A stretch of DNA of 64,000 nt from Candidatus Binatia bacterium (GCA_036554745.1 DATBMR010000015.1:30597-94596), one strand, 5' to 3'; shown: positions 51,596-60,659, numbered from the stretch's first letter. The notes: generated by a model from the sequence alone, not told the origin. Program-made: numbers and translations.

Positions 51596-52135
51596 ATGGT
51601 TGCAAACCAGGATTTCGTTTTACCGTCGGCGAGCGCGTCCATTAATTTGATTTTCAGCGTTTGTGCGCATACATTGAGCCGCGTGCGAGTCTACAAACGT
51701 CCATTCTTTTCGGCTTATACGACAAGTCTCTGGGTTCGCTTTTTGCGCTTCAGCTTGCAATCTCACAAGAAACTCGAGGCCGACCTGGAGAAAGTTGGGC
51801 TTACGCCGCCGCAGTTTTACGTTTTGGCAACTATCGGCTATGCGGGCAGCTTACCCTTCGGGGAAATTGGCGCGAAGATGATGGTCACGGTTAGCAACTT
51901 GACCGGGATCGTAGACCGTCTGGAAGACAAAAAACTAGTGTCTCGCAAGCGTGACGAAAACGATCGTCGTGTGGTGCACGTCGTGCTTACTGACAAGGGC
52001 ACTAAGCTCTACAAGTCAGCGATTCCGATATTCGAGAAAAGCGTCGCCGCGATTTTTGGGACGCTCAGCGCGCCGGAGCAGAAACAGCTCTCTGCGCTAT
52101 TACGCAAAATCAACCACGTATCGTTGTCGAAATAA
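51596..52135 (+). CDS. MarR family transcriptional regulator
   Basis: Winged-helix core LTPPQFYVLATIG...VSNLTGIVDRLEDKKLVSRKRDENDRRVVHVVLTDKG. The real start is probably internal (for example GTG near 51683). Confidence 0.8.
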   Translation: MVANQDFVLPSASASINLIFSVCAHTLSRVRVYKRPFFSAYTTSLWVRFLRFSLQSHKKLEADLEKVGLTPPQFYVLATIGYAGSLPFGEIGAKMMVTVSNLTGIVDRLEDKKLVSRKRDENDRRVVHVVLTDKGTKLYKSAIPIFEKSVAAIFGTLSAPEQKQLSALLRKINHVSLSK

Positions 52136-52337
52136 CCACGCATGAAGTAGTTCGCGTCGAACGTAAGTGTGGCCATTTTACACGCTCCAGGTCTATGCCG
52201 TCACGATCGCGCCGGGCCGACAAACGGGATCCATCATTGCTTTGGCTTATCGAAGGAGTTCCGGGATGATGCGGGCGGCAAATTAGATCATCGGTCGAAA
52301 TGATCCCCGTTGAGAGCCACATTAGAGAGCCGAATTG

Positions 52338-52365
52338 TTGACAGCCGCGCACGGCAGGCTATAAA
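52338..52365 (+). promoter_or_regulatory. sigma-70-type promoter candidate for the Fe-S oxidoreductase cluster
   Basis: TTGACA (52338-52343), a 16-nt spacer, then TATAAA (52360-52365). It lies 38 nt upstream of ATG 52403. Confidence 0.45.
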
Positions 52366-52402
52366 GGTTTATACATTAACGAATTTCGTACAATCGCATT
52401 TC

Positions 52403-53626
52403 ATGAAAGAGGATCCGAAAAAATCCGTCGGCCTCGAGCGGGTCAAGAAATGGCTTTACGCCAGGGATCTCGAAGAGCGCAGCAGCGGCTGTGTTTTGTG
52501 CGGCTCTTGCTATGGTCACGGGCCGGCTAATCCGATGGAAGATGCGCCTGGACCGAAGGAGAAATGCCCACCTTATGAGTTTTATCGCTTCCAGCGCCAT
52601 ACACCCAAATCGCGCTGGTTGATGGCCCAGCGAGTCTTTCACGGCCTTGATCCGGTTACGCCCGAGCTCAAGGAAGTTATTTACGCCTGCACCAATTGTC
52701 TAATGTGCCAGGAGCTGTGCGGCGTGCGTGGCGACGGCTACGGACCGTGGGATATCACGGTGGCGATGCGCGAAGAAATGACTGAGAAAGACGGCCCGAT
52801 CGACGCCCATCGGCCGATCTACCAAAGCCTGCGGCAGCATGACAGCCCATGGGGGCAGCCGAGGTCTGAACGCGGCGCATGGGCTCGAGGGCTGGGCATT
52901 AAGAATATCGGCGATGCCGCGGCAGTCACTTTGCTGTTCGCGGGGTGCTCCGCCGACCGAGCGAGCGGCCGTGCCGCGGCGCGCGGGTTGGCGGGCATCA
53001 TGCGGAAGGCGGCAGAGGATTTCGCGATCCTGGGCGGCGAAGAAAAATGCTGCGGTCTTTACGCTTTCGACATTGGTTTTCGGCGTGAGTATGAGCGCCT
53101 AAAAGCAGCAAATCTAGAAATGATAGCTAAAGCGGGCATTAAGAAGGTCGTGTTTGTGTGCGGCAGTTGCCGGCGAATCTGGTACGAGTATGCCAGGACA
53201 AGAGGGCTCGACTTTCAAGCGCTACATGGTGTCGAGTACGTCAACCAGCTGCTTCAATCCGGACGGCTGAGATTCTTGAGGCGAATCGACAAAAAAGTAA
53301 CCTACCATGACTCTTGCCATCTCGGACGTGGCGTCGGCGTGTATGATGATCCGCGAGAAATTATTTGCGCCATTCCTGGCGTTACGTTCGTCGAGATGGA
53401 ACGAAACCGGCGCTGGGCATGGTGCTGTGGTGGTGGTGGCGGGGTTCCCGAAGCAGATCCGGAGCTGGCGCGCTGGAGCGCAACCGATCGCATGCGTGAA
53501 GCGGCAGCCACCGGCGCGGAGTTGATGCTTACCTCGAGTGCAGTGTGCCAGCGTTCATTTGCCGATCTTGAGCATCCTCCCTTGCCTACGCAGGATCTGC
53601 TTGAATTTGTCTATCAGGCGCTCTGA
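52403..53626 (+). CDS. (Fe-S)-binding oxidoreductase with CCG domains (HdrD/GlcF/LutA-like)
   Basis: Ferredoxin-type CTNCLMCQELC, and two Cys-rich CCG motifs (EEKCCGLY, WAWCCGGGGG). Start taken at ATG 52403 (the track ORF starts at 52310). Confidence 0.85.
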   Translation: MKEDPKKSVGLERVKKWLYARDLEERSSGCVLCGSCYGHGPANPMEDAPGPKEKCPPYEFYRFQRHTPKSRWLMAQRVFHGLDPVTPELKEVIYACTNCLMCQELCGVRGDGYGPWDITVAMREEMTEKDGPIDAHRPIYQSLRQHDSPWGQPRSERGAWARGLGIKNIGDAAAVTLLFAGCSADRASGRAAARGLAGIMRKAAEDFAILGGEEKCCGLYAFDIGFRREYERLKAANLEMIAKAGIKKVVFVCGSCRRIWYEYARTRGLDFQALHGVEYVNQLLQSGRLRFLRRIDKKVTYHDSCHLGRGVGVYDDPREIICAIPGVTFVEMERNRRWAWCCGGGGGVPEADPELARWSATDRMREAAATGAELMLTSSAVCQRSFADLEHPPLPTQDLLEFVYQAL

Positions 53627-53628
53627 TC

Positions 53629-54363
53629 ATGCTCAAAGAAGCTCATTTTACGCCCCTACACATAGTGTCGATGCTTGGCTTAAAACCGGATTCTCTCGGT
53701 CCTTACGCGTTGATTCCCGGTCCCAAAGAGCGGAGCGAACTGTTGCTGAAGCTGCTCAATGCGCCACAGAGGAATTTTAGTTTTCTGGACTATGAGATGC
53801 ACAGTGGATCGCTCGACGGAAAGCGCGTGACCGTCGGAAACGGCGGCCGCTTTGCGCCTGACACCGCGATCACGACCGAGATTCTGTGCGGTGCCGGAGC
53901 CCAAACGCTTATCCGCATTGGCAGCTGCGGTTCGCTGCAAGAAAACATCAAGATCGGCGACCTCGTGATTGTCACCGGTGCGCTCCGGGGAGAGGGCACG
54001 TCGCGTTACTACGTCGCCGAAAACTTCTCCACGGTTGCGCACGGCGATATCGTCGGCGCGCTCCAAAAGGCGGCTGACCAATTAAAAGTTCGTTATCACC
54101 TCGGTTGGGTCTTCACGACCGACGCGCTGTTCCAAGAGACGCCGGAAATGATCAATCAACTAAACCGGCAAAACATTTCAAGCATCGACATGGTGACATC
54201 GGCCTTTCTGACGATCGCGCAAGTCCGCGGCCAGAAAGCCGGCGCGGTTCTCGCGGTCTCGGACGAATGTCTTCATAGGAAGTTCGGCTTTCGCGATGCC
54301 AAATTTACCGAGGCGGAAAAACAGACCATCGAAATCGCGCGCAACGCACTGCGTTACCTCTGA
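53629..54363 (+). CDS. nucleoside phosphorylase (PNP_UDP_1 family)
   Basis: 244 aa. ALIPGPKERSE, IRIGSCGSL and GDLVIVTGALRGEGTS pattern of hexameric NP-I phosphorylases. Confidence 0.82.
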   Translation: MLKEAHFTPLHIVSMLGLKPDSLGPYALIPGPKERSELLLKLLNAPQRNFSFLDYEMHSGSLDGKRVTVGNGGRFAPDTAITTEILCGAGAQTLIRIGSCGSLQENIKIGDLVIVTGALRGEGTSRYYVAENFSTVAHGDIVGALQKAADQLKVRYHLGWVFTTDALFQETPEMINQLNRQNISSIDMVTSAFLTIAQVRGQKAGAVLAVSDECLHRKFGFRDAKFTEAEKQTIEIARNALRYL

Positions 54364-54372
54364 CGCTCTTCA

Positions 54373-55905
54373 TTGGCCGGATCATCCATGAGCGCCGTTC
54401 AAAGCCCGCTATTTGAGCCAGTTCACTGGCTCGGCACAGGTTTCAAGATCCTCGATGAAACCCAGGTGCCGGATAGGATTTTCTACGTCGAAGTGCGCAG
54501 TGTCGAGCAAGCGCTTGACGCAGTTAGGGGAATGAAGACCCGCGCGTTCGGCCAGGTTCTCGCCTTTCTCTACAGCGGCGCGCTGCTGGCTCGCGGCCAC
54601 CCCAATACGGACGCCGAGGAGTTACGCCGGCGATTGGTGGAAATGACTCAGCGATTTTCTAGCGCCAGGCCGACCTTTGATTTTCGCGGCTTGGGTTCCT
54701 TCTTTCAACAATGGTTTGACGACTTACCTTCGGGTAGCGATCCCCGAGAATTCATTGAGGATCGCGCATGTAAGCTTGGTAAGCGGATCGTGCGTGGACG
54801 GCTGGCCCGCGCTAGGCTCGCTGGTTCAGTCTTACCCAATCCCGCGCGCGTATTGACCCACTGCAACGTGAGTGGCGAGCTGGTCGCACTGGCCCAGTGT
54901 CATCGTGCTCTGGGCAAAGCCATCACATTCATCGCAACAGAGACGCGACCCTATCTTCAGGGCACCCGCTTGACGGCGTGGGAACTTGCGGAGGCGGGAG
55001 TTTCGGTGTCAGTGATACCGGATGGCGCGGTGGCGCAGGTGATGGAGCGAGGCGAGGTGAACTCAGTGATCGTCGGCGCCGATCGTTCAGCGCAGAACGG
55101 AGACATCATTAACAAGGTCGGCACTTATCCACTGGCGCTCATGGCTAAAGAGTATGGCGTACCATTTTATGCGCTCGTCCAAGACCCGCGCTCATTAACG
55201 TCCGGATATGCCGTGCCGATAGAACAACGGCCGGCGGCAGAAGTGTTGACGTTTCAAGGACAATCTTTGATCGACCCAGTTTCTGCCAAGCTGAATGCGC
55301 GTTATCCAGCATTCGACGTCACACCAGCGGAGCTGATTACTCAAATGATTTCGTTTGACCGGATCTATACGCCCGATACTTTTCGGCACAAGTATCAACG
55401 CGTGCAAGATCGCCAGATCTGCCCATCGGAGCGCCGCGGCAAATATGTTTTGGTCTATGGTATTCCGCCGCATAATCAATATGCTTTCCTCGCCAAAGCG
55501 CTGCAGGCCGAAGAAGCAGAGAATGTGTTAGTTCCCGAAATGCGGCCTCAACTTTGGGGCGCAAAAATCGTGGCGCCGGAACTCCTCAAGCGCAACATGG
55601 GCGCAACGCTGATTTCGGATAACATGATGGGAACATTGTTCGCGCAACGCGAAGTCCGTCGAGTGTGCTTGTACTATGACACCCTGACGGATGAGGGAGT
55701 AAGCGCCATCTGCGGTTCGTTGCTCGCGGTGCGCCTAGCCCGGTTGCACAACGTACCGATCGAATTGTTGCCGGGCGCGAAGCCACGCGACATCCCAGAA
55801 GATCTTGACGCGTCGACCTTTCTCGGCAGAAATATTTGCCCGCCGCGGGTCGGCATTCAACCTGTGGGTGCTGAAATAGTCTCCTGGTCATTGCTTAAGA
55901 GCTGA
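54373..55905 (+). CDS. mtnA: S-methyl-5-thioribose-1-phosphate isomerase-like (eIF-2B family) protein with an extra degenerate C-terminal eIF-2B-like domain
   Basis: 510 aa. LTHCNVSG (catalytic Cys context) and VGADRSAQNGDIINKVGTY (catalytic Asp context). Residues from about 365 to 480 repeat the Rossmann-like half without these residues. Confidence 0.8.
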   Translation: MAGSSMSAVQSPLFEPVHWLGTGFKILDETQVPDRIFYVEVRSVEQALDAVRGMKTRAFGQVLAFLYSGALLARGHPNTDAEELRRRLVEMTQRFSSARPTFDFRGLGSFFQQWFDDLPSGSDPREFIEDRACKLGKRIVRGRLARARLAGSVLPNPARVLTHCNVSGELVALAQCHRALGKAITFIATETRPYLQGTRLTAWELAEAGVSVSVIPDGAVAQVMERGEVNSVIVGADRSAQNGDIINKVGTYPLALMAKEYGVPFYALVQDPRSLTSGYAVPIEQRPAAEVLTFQGQSLIDPVSAKLNARYPAFDVTPAELITQMISFDRIYTPDTFRHKYQRVQDRQICPSERRGKYVLVYGIPPHNQYAFLAKALQAEEAENVLVPEMRPQLWGAKIVAPELLKRNMGATLISDNMMGTLFAQREVRRVCLYYDTLTDEGVSAICGSLLAVRLARLHNVPIELLPGAKPRDIPEDLDASTFLGRNICPPRVGIQPVGAEIVSWSLLKS

Positions 55906-55906
55906 T

Positions 55907-56905
55907 ATGACCACGCTGGAGCGCGAAATTATCAAGTGGGGCAAATTGCTGTTCGACCGCCGCTTAATTAGCGGCTGGGGCGGTAATCTGAGCTGCCGAG
56001 ATGGCAAGGGGCAATTTCTGATTACCGCCCAGCATGCGCCGTTGGGCTTTCTCACGCCAAAAGACTTGGTGCGGATCAATCGGGATGGTGTTCCGGTAAG
56101 GAAAACGCAGAAAGCCTCCAGCGAAACGGCGATGCACTTGGCCGTTTATGCGGCCACCGACGCTCAAGCGATCGTCCACGTTCATCCGCCGATGGTCTTG
56201 GCGTTCTCGCTAAATCATTTGAGCTTTGTGCCGATCAGCTTCGAAGAGAAATACACCATCGGCGAAGTCCCGATCGTTTCTCAGGACACGCCCACGGTGA
56301 CCCGGCCCGAGAAAGTGACCGAAGAGCTGAAGTATCATCCCGTAGTGATCATCAAAGGTCATGGTACGGTGGCGATCGGAAAGAATTTCCAAGAAGCCTT
56401 CTTGCTTACGGATTTGCTCGAAGAGGCGGTGCATTGTCAGCTTTTCAAAGAAAAAATCGGCGCCGCGGCTGACGCACCGAACGCCGGTCCATGCGAGCGA
56501 CCGCCTAGCACCGAACCGTTAGGGGAGCGCTACACGCTCTTCTCGAAGGAGCATATGCAGGCGCTCATCGACACCGCCAACGATGATTCGCAGTTCCGTG
56601 CCGACGGTGCCGAAAGCGGCTTAACGACATCTTTGACGCTATTTCTCGATGAGTCGCAGAATGCCTGGACGGTAAAATTCGTCAATGGCTTTATCACCGA
56701 GCTGAAGCAGGGCGACGGCGGCGAGTTTATGATCAGCGGGCAAGCGGACTGGTGGCACGCGGTGTTCAGCAATCGTATTGATCCCTTCATGGCGACCCAG
56801 CAAGGAAAACTAAAACTAAAACGCGGTCAACTGGCGCAACTATCGCGCTGGTACAAGCCTTTTGAGAGAGCATTCGCGCTATGGCAAACGATACCGATTC
56901 GCTAG
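55907..56905 (+). CDS. class II aldolase/adducin-domain protein fused to a C-terminal SCP2 sterol-carrier-like domain
   Basis: 332 aa. GWGGNLSCRD, SSETAMHLAVY, VHVHPP and KGHGTVAIG (metal His ligands). The C-terminal roughly 110 aa look SCP2-like (QGKLKLKRGQLAQLSRW). Confidence 0.82.
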   Translation: MTTLEREIIKWGKLLFDRRLISGWGGNLSCRDGKGQFLITAQHAPLGFLTPKDLVRINRDGVPVRKTQKASSETAMHLAVYAATDAQAIVHVHPPMVLAFSLNHLSFVPISFEEKYTIGEVPIVSQDTPTVTRPEKVTEELKYHPVVIIKGHGTVAIGKNFQEAFLLTDLLEEAVHCQLFKEKIGAAADAPNAGPCERPPSTEPLGERYTLFSKEHMQALIDTANDDSQFRADGAESGLTTSLTLFLDESQNAWTVKFVNGFITELKQGDGGEFMISGQADWWHAVFSNRIDPFMATQQGKLKLKRGQLAQLSRWYKPFERAFALWQTIPIR

Positions 56906-58416
56906 GTTTCTATGCGGCTGAGGTGCTGCAAAAAACGGCGGAGAATCAGCCGGAAAAGATCGCGCTCATTGCGAAAGAGGAAACGCTGAGTTTCAGCGCG
57001 CTCAACCAACGAGTGCATTCATTGGCGGCCCATCTGCAGCAGGAGGGCGTTCGCCAAGGTGATCGCGTCGGAGTCTTACTCCCGAATTCCACGGCGATAC
57101 CGCTGAGTTATTTTGCTACGCAGAAAATCGGCGCGGTCACTGTCATCCTCGACGCCCGACTCAAAGGAAAGGAACTGCAAGCCGTCCTGAAAGACGCTGA
57201 TGTTAAACTTTTGATCGTACATCAGCAGCTCCTTGCCGAAGTTGAAGAATCTTTCAAAGACAGATCGGCGATGCCGCTGTGGATCGTTGACGGGGAGGGC
57301 GAACGAAGCTTCGAGAAACGATTCTCCGCCGCGCGTCGAACGGCGTCGCCGTCAAACCTGAGTGCCGACGACGATGCCTTGATTCTCTACACCTCCGGGA
57401 CCACCGGCGAGCCCAAGGGCGTCGTGTTGAGCTATCGCAATCTGCTGCAATACCCGTTGGTCATGCGCGAAAACCGGATCACCGATGCGTCGACCGTGCG
57501 GGGCTGTGTTCTACCAATGTCCCACATTGTCGGCCCCGTGCTTTGCAACGAGCTGGCAGAGCGTGGTTACACGCTGGTCATCTTCGAGCAGATCAACCCG
57601 ATCACCCTATTGGAAGGGATTCAGAAATACCGAATCAATGTTTTCGAAGGGGTGCCGGTCGTGTTTCAGCTCCTGCTCGGAGTGAAGCATCTCGCCAGCT
57701 TCGATACTAGCAGCATGAAGATCGCCGCGATGATGGGAACCAGCGTTCCATTCTCGTTGTTGCGAGCCTTTCATGCCGCACAGCCTCACATCAAAGTGAT
57801 CCAAGGTTACGGTTTAACCGAAACGTCGCCTATGATCACGTTGGTCGAGCCGGAGAAAGCCCAGGTCAAGATGGGTAGTATCGGTTGCGCCGTGCCGGGT
57901 ATCGAAGTTAAAATCATTGATCAAAACGGCAACGAACTTGGCGTCGATGAACCTGGTGAGATCATTACTCGGGGGCCGCATGTCATGAAAGGCTACTTTC
58001 GCCGGCCCGATGCCACGGCTGAGCGGATCCGCCACGGCTGGCTCTATACCGGCGATGTGGGCAAGCGTGACGCCGATGGCTATTATTATCATCTCGGCCG
58101 GCGCGATGACATGATCATTACCGGTGGCCTTAACGTTTACCCCGCCGAAGTTGAAAATCTGATTTACACCTACCCGGACGTTCAAGAGACCGTTGTCTTC
58201 GCGATTCCCGATACCAAGCGGGGCGCAGTGATCGGCGCGGCGATTGTGCCGCGACCTGGTGCCGTCGTCGTGGAAAAAGAGTTGCTCGGCTTTCTGCGCG
58301 CGAATCTGGCCAACTTCAAAGTGCCGGACAAAATTGTCGTGCGCGAAGCCTTGCCGCGGACGTCTTCGGGGAAAACCATTCGCGACGCGGAGACGCTCAT
58401 GGCCGGTCCTGGATGA
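56881..58416 (+). CDS. AMP-dependent acyl-CoA/acyl-carrier synthetase (ANL family)
   Basis: 511 aa. AMP-binding core YTSGTTGEPKG, then GYGLTETS, YTGDVG and SSGKTIR motifs. Confidence 0.9.
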   Translation: MANDTDSLGFYAAEVLQKTAENQPEKIALIAKEETLSFSALNQRVHSLAAHLQQEGVRQGDRVGVLLPNSTAIPLSYFATQKIGAVTVILDARLKGKELQAVLKDADVKLLIVHQQLLAEVEESFKDRSAMPLWIVDGEGERSFEKRFSAARRTASPSNLSADDDALILYTSGTTGEPKGVVLSYRNLLQYPLVMRENRITDASTVRGCVLPMSHIVGPVLCNELAERGYTLVIFEQINPITLLEGIQKYRINVFEGVPVVFQLLLGVKHLASFDTSSMKIAAMMGTSVPFSLLRAFHAAQPHIKVIQGYGLTETSPMITLVEPEKAQVKMGSIGCAVPGIEVKIIDQNGNELGVDEPGEIITRGPHVMKGYFRRPDATAERIRHGWLYTGDVGKRDADGYYYHLGRRDDMIITGGLNVYPAEVENLIYTYPDVQETVVFAIPDTKRGAVIGAAIVPRPGAVVVEKELLGFLRANLANFKVPDKIVVREALPRTSSGKTIRDAETLMAGPG

Positions 58417-58504
58417 CCGAAGACGAAAACGGAACGGACGCTTTGGCATTCCGACTTCAATCGGCGAACGTGCGGAAGCGATTTAGCAAGAACCCCGCGG
58501 TTTC

Positions 58505-59233
58505 ATGATTGGCTGGCCTGTCGGGTCCGATCCGCTTCCTTTATTGCAAGGCTGCGTCCAGGTCTGGGTAGTGGCGTTAGATGAGGCTTCGTTCGATCGG
58601 CGATCGTGGCTCTATCGGCTTTCGCCGGAAGAACAAGCGCGCGCCCAACGATTCAAGTTCGCTGCCGACCAAAGACGCTACATCATCGCTCACATAGCAC
58701 TGCGCGATATCTTGGCTCGTTATTTGAACGTGGCTGCCGGCGATTTGCGGTTTGTAGACGGCGAGAATGGCAAGCCGCGGCTGGCGGAGGCGCTCGGGAG
58801 CCGCGGCATCGAATTCAACCTTTCTCACTCCCACGAACGAGCCTTGATCGCAGTGACCTGCGAACTCGTAGTGGGTATTGACATCGAGTTTGTAAAAAGC
58901 CAATTCGGGTTTCACGAGGTCGCGGAGCGCTTTTTTACGCGGCGTGAAGTGTCGGCGTTGCGCGCGCTGCCGCCGATGCTGCAGCGGCAAGCCTTTTATA
59001 AGTGTTGGACGAGTAAAGAAGCATTCTTGAAGGCCAAAGGGACCGGGCTCTCGGGCGCTCTCGACGAAGTCGAGATTGTGTCGGCCTACCAGGGCCGGGT
59101 CGCAATCCACGCCTCCGTGCCCGGTTGGTGGCTGACCGAGCTCGATCCCGGCGACGATTACGAGGGGGCGCTAGTCATCGAGGGCGAACAAGCCGTGCCG
59201 ATTCACCGCCATCGATGGCAGCCTGCGGGGTGA
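58505..59233 (+). CDS. 4'-phosphopantetheinyl transferase (Sfp type)
   Basis: 242 aa. GKPRL, FNLSHS, VGIDIE and WTSKEAFLKAKG motifs. Confidence 0.88.
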   Translation: MIGWPVGSDPLPLLQGCVQVWVVALDEASFDRRSWLYRLSPEEQARAQRFKFAADQRRYIIAHIALRDILARYLNVAAGDLRFVDGENGKPRLAEALGSRGIEFNLSHSHERALIAVTCELVVGIDIEFVKSQFGFHEVAERFFTRREVSALRALPPMLQRQAFYKCWTSKEAFLKAKGTGLSGALDEVEIVSAYQGRVAIHASVPGWWLTELDPGDDYEGALVIEGEQAVPIHRHRWQPAG

Positions 59234-59382
59234 CGTGTGCTAGTAAACATTGCTGTCATTGAATGCGTCTACGCCAACAAGCGCCAAAAATTGATTTACA
59301 CGCCTTGTTTGCACCATACGGATGCCGCCTCGTAATTCCAGTTTGACGGGTCATATGCAAGCGGAATACACTTGCGGGGCTC

Positions 59383-60141
59383 ATGTTTTCCGATTTCGCC
59401 AAATCTCACACCGCCCATCTAGCGGCGGTAATCCTACCTTTGGTCGTGGCAGGGTTTATCGCTTGGAAAACTCTGCGATCGTTGCACGGCCCCTTTAGCT
59501 CAGGCAGGCCATCCGCTCTGGTAGCGAGCGCGGACGCGATGGACAAGATCAAGGAGTCTCTAGACAAGGATCGCAAGCTGCTTGCCGTTTACGAACGAGA
59601 ACAGTCGAACTTGAGGCTGGAGGTTATCCATCTGCGCAAGCTCTTCAAAGACGGTCAGATTGCGAAGGATCGAGTTCAGGAGGCCGAACAGTCGTTCGTT
59701 GCAGCGCTCAAGCGCGTGCATGAAATGCGGCATACCGTAGTGGAAGCCGATATTGCTATTACTGAGGCGATTCTGGGAGCGAAAGTGGAGCGGCTTCCCG
59801 TGAACGCTTACAGTGAAACCACAGATCTGGCGCACTTCAACGGTGGCGTCAAATGGTCCCTAAAAGAAGCACCGCGGATCGAGCGATACTTTTCTCAAAC
59901 CTTTGGGCGGCGCTTGCCGGTGACCGCGTTGGGCCAATCGAAGACCCACAATCGGTTGCGCTTCGATCACCGCGAGGCGATGGACGTTGCCGTTCATCCG
60001 GACAGCGCTGAGGGCAAAGCGCTTATCGCCCATCTGCGTGGAGCGGGCATTCCGTTTATGGCATTTCGTAAAGCGATCGCCGGCACGTCAACCGGCCCAC
60101 ACATTCACATCGGTAAGCCCTCCGGCCGACTTGCGCGTTGA
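59383..60141 (+). CDS. membrane-anchored coiled-coil protein with a C-terminal HxnD...HxH (LAS metallopeptidase-like) motif
   Basis: 252 aa. N-terminal TM (LAAVILPLVVAGFIAW), a coiled-coil central part, then C-terminal FDHREAMDV ... GPHIHIG. Confidence 0.55.
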   Translation: MFSDFAKSHTAHLAAVILPLVVAGFIAWKTLRSLHGPFSSGRPSALVASADAMDKIKESLDKDRKLLAVYEREQSNLRLEVIHLRKLFKDGQIAKDRVQEAEQSFVAALKRVHEMRHTVVEADIAITEAILGAKVERLPVNAYSETTDLAHFNGGVKWSLKEAPRIERYFSQTFGRRLPVTALGQSKTHNRLRFDHREAMDVAVHPDSAEGKALIAHLRGAGIPFMAFRKAIAGTSTGPHIHIGKPSGRLAR

Positions 60142-60429
60142 TTCCTCGTAGGTTGTTATACTCCACCGATAGCGAAGGACCGGCAGACTGTTCCCGGCCC
60201 GCTGGCACGAAAGCGTCACTGACAATGCAAGTTCCGCCGTCCAAGAGAACCGCGCGCCGTGCACGTCTTTTAATTCATGTCCATGTACCATCGGCATTCG
60301 ACAACTATGCAGGATGGTTAGCTGGGCGACCTGACTCGCCGGATTGGCTGCGGCAGCGTCGGCAGTGGAGTCATAGTTCTTGAACTCTGAAAGTTAGTCA
60401 TTTAAGCTCTGACGCAATTTGGCAGATCA

Positions 60430-60594
60430 TTGCGTGTGATCGATATGCGCGCTTCATTCCGACAACCTAGAGGCACGATCGGTATTGCGTCTGTGTGTCA
60501 GGTCGGCGTTCCATTTCTCGCCAGCAGAGCCGCCGTTCTGGGCTCATCAACCGGCGCATCTATCCATATCGGTAAGCTCTCGTCGCGGTTCTAA
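60430..60594 (+). pseudogene. C-terminal fragment of a paralog of the 59383-60141 gene
   Basis: Frame-1 translation ...GVPFLASRAAVLGSSTGASIHIGKLSSRF* aligns with GIPFMAFRKAIAGTSTGPHIHIGKPSGRLAR* at the end of the upstream gene. In-frame stops at 60388 and 60403 leave an ORF of at most 54 codons. Confidence 0.45.
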
Positions 60595-60659
60595 CGTCTT
60601 GCCGAGACCGCAGCGCGGCAAGAGCGATTCACGCCGGAGTTTAAAAGCGAAGTTGAACA

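Noticed and set aside
57814-59110. Long antisense ORFs (211 aa and 177 aa) opposite the acyl-AMP ligase and PPTase genes
   Set aside because: Both sense genes carry complete family motifs. The antisense translations are Arg-rich with no recognisable features, typical of GC-rich shadows.
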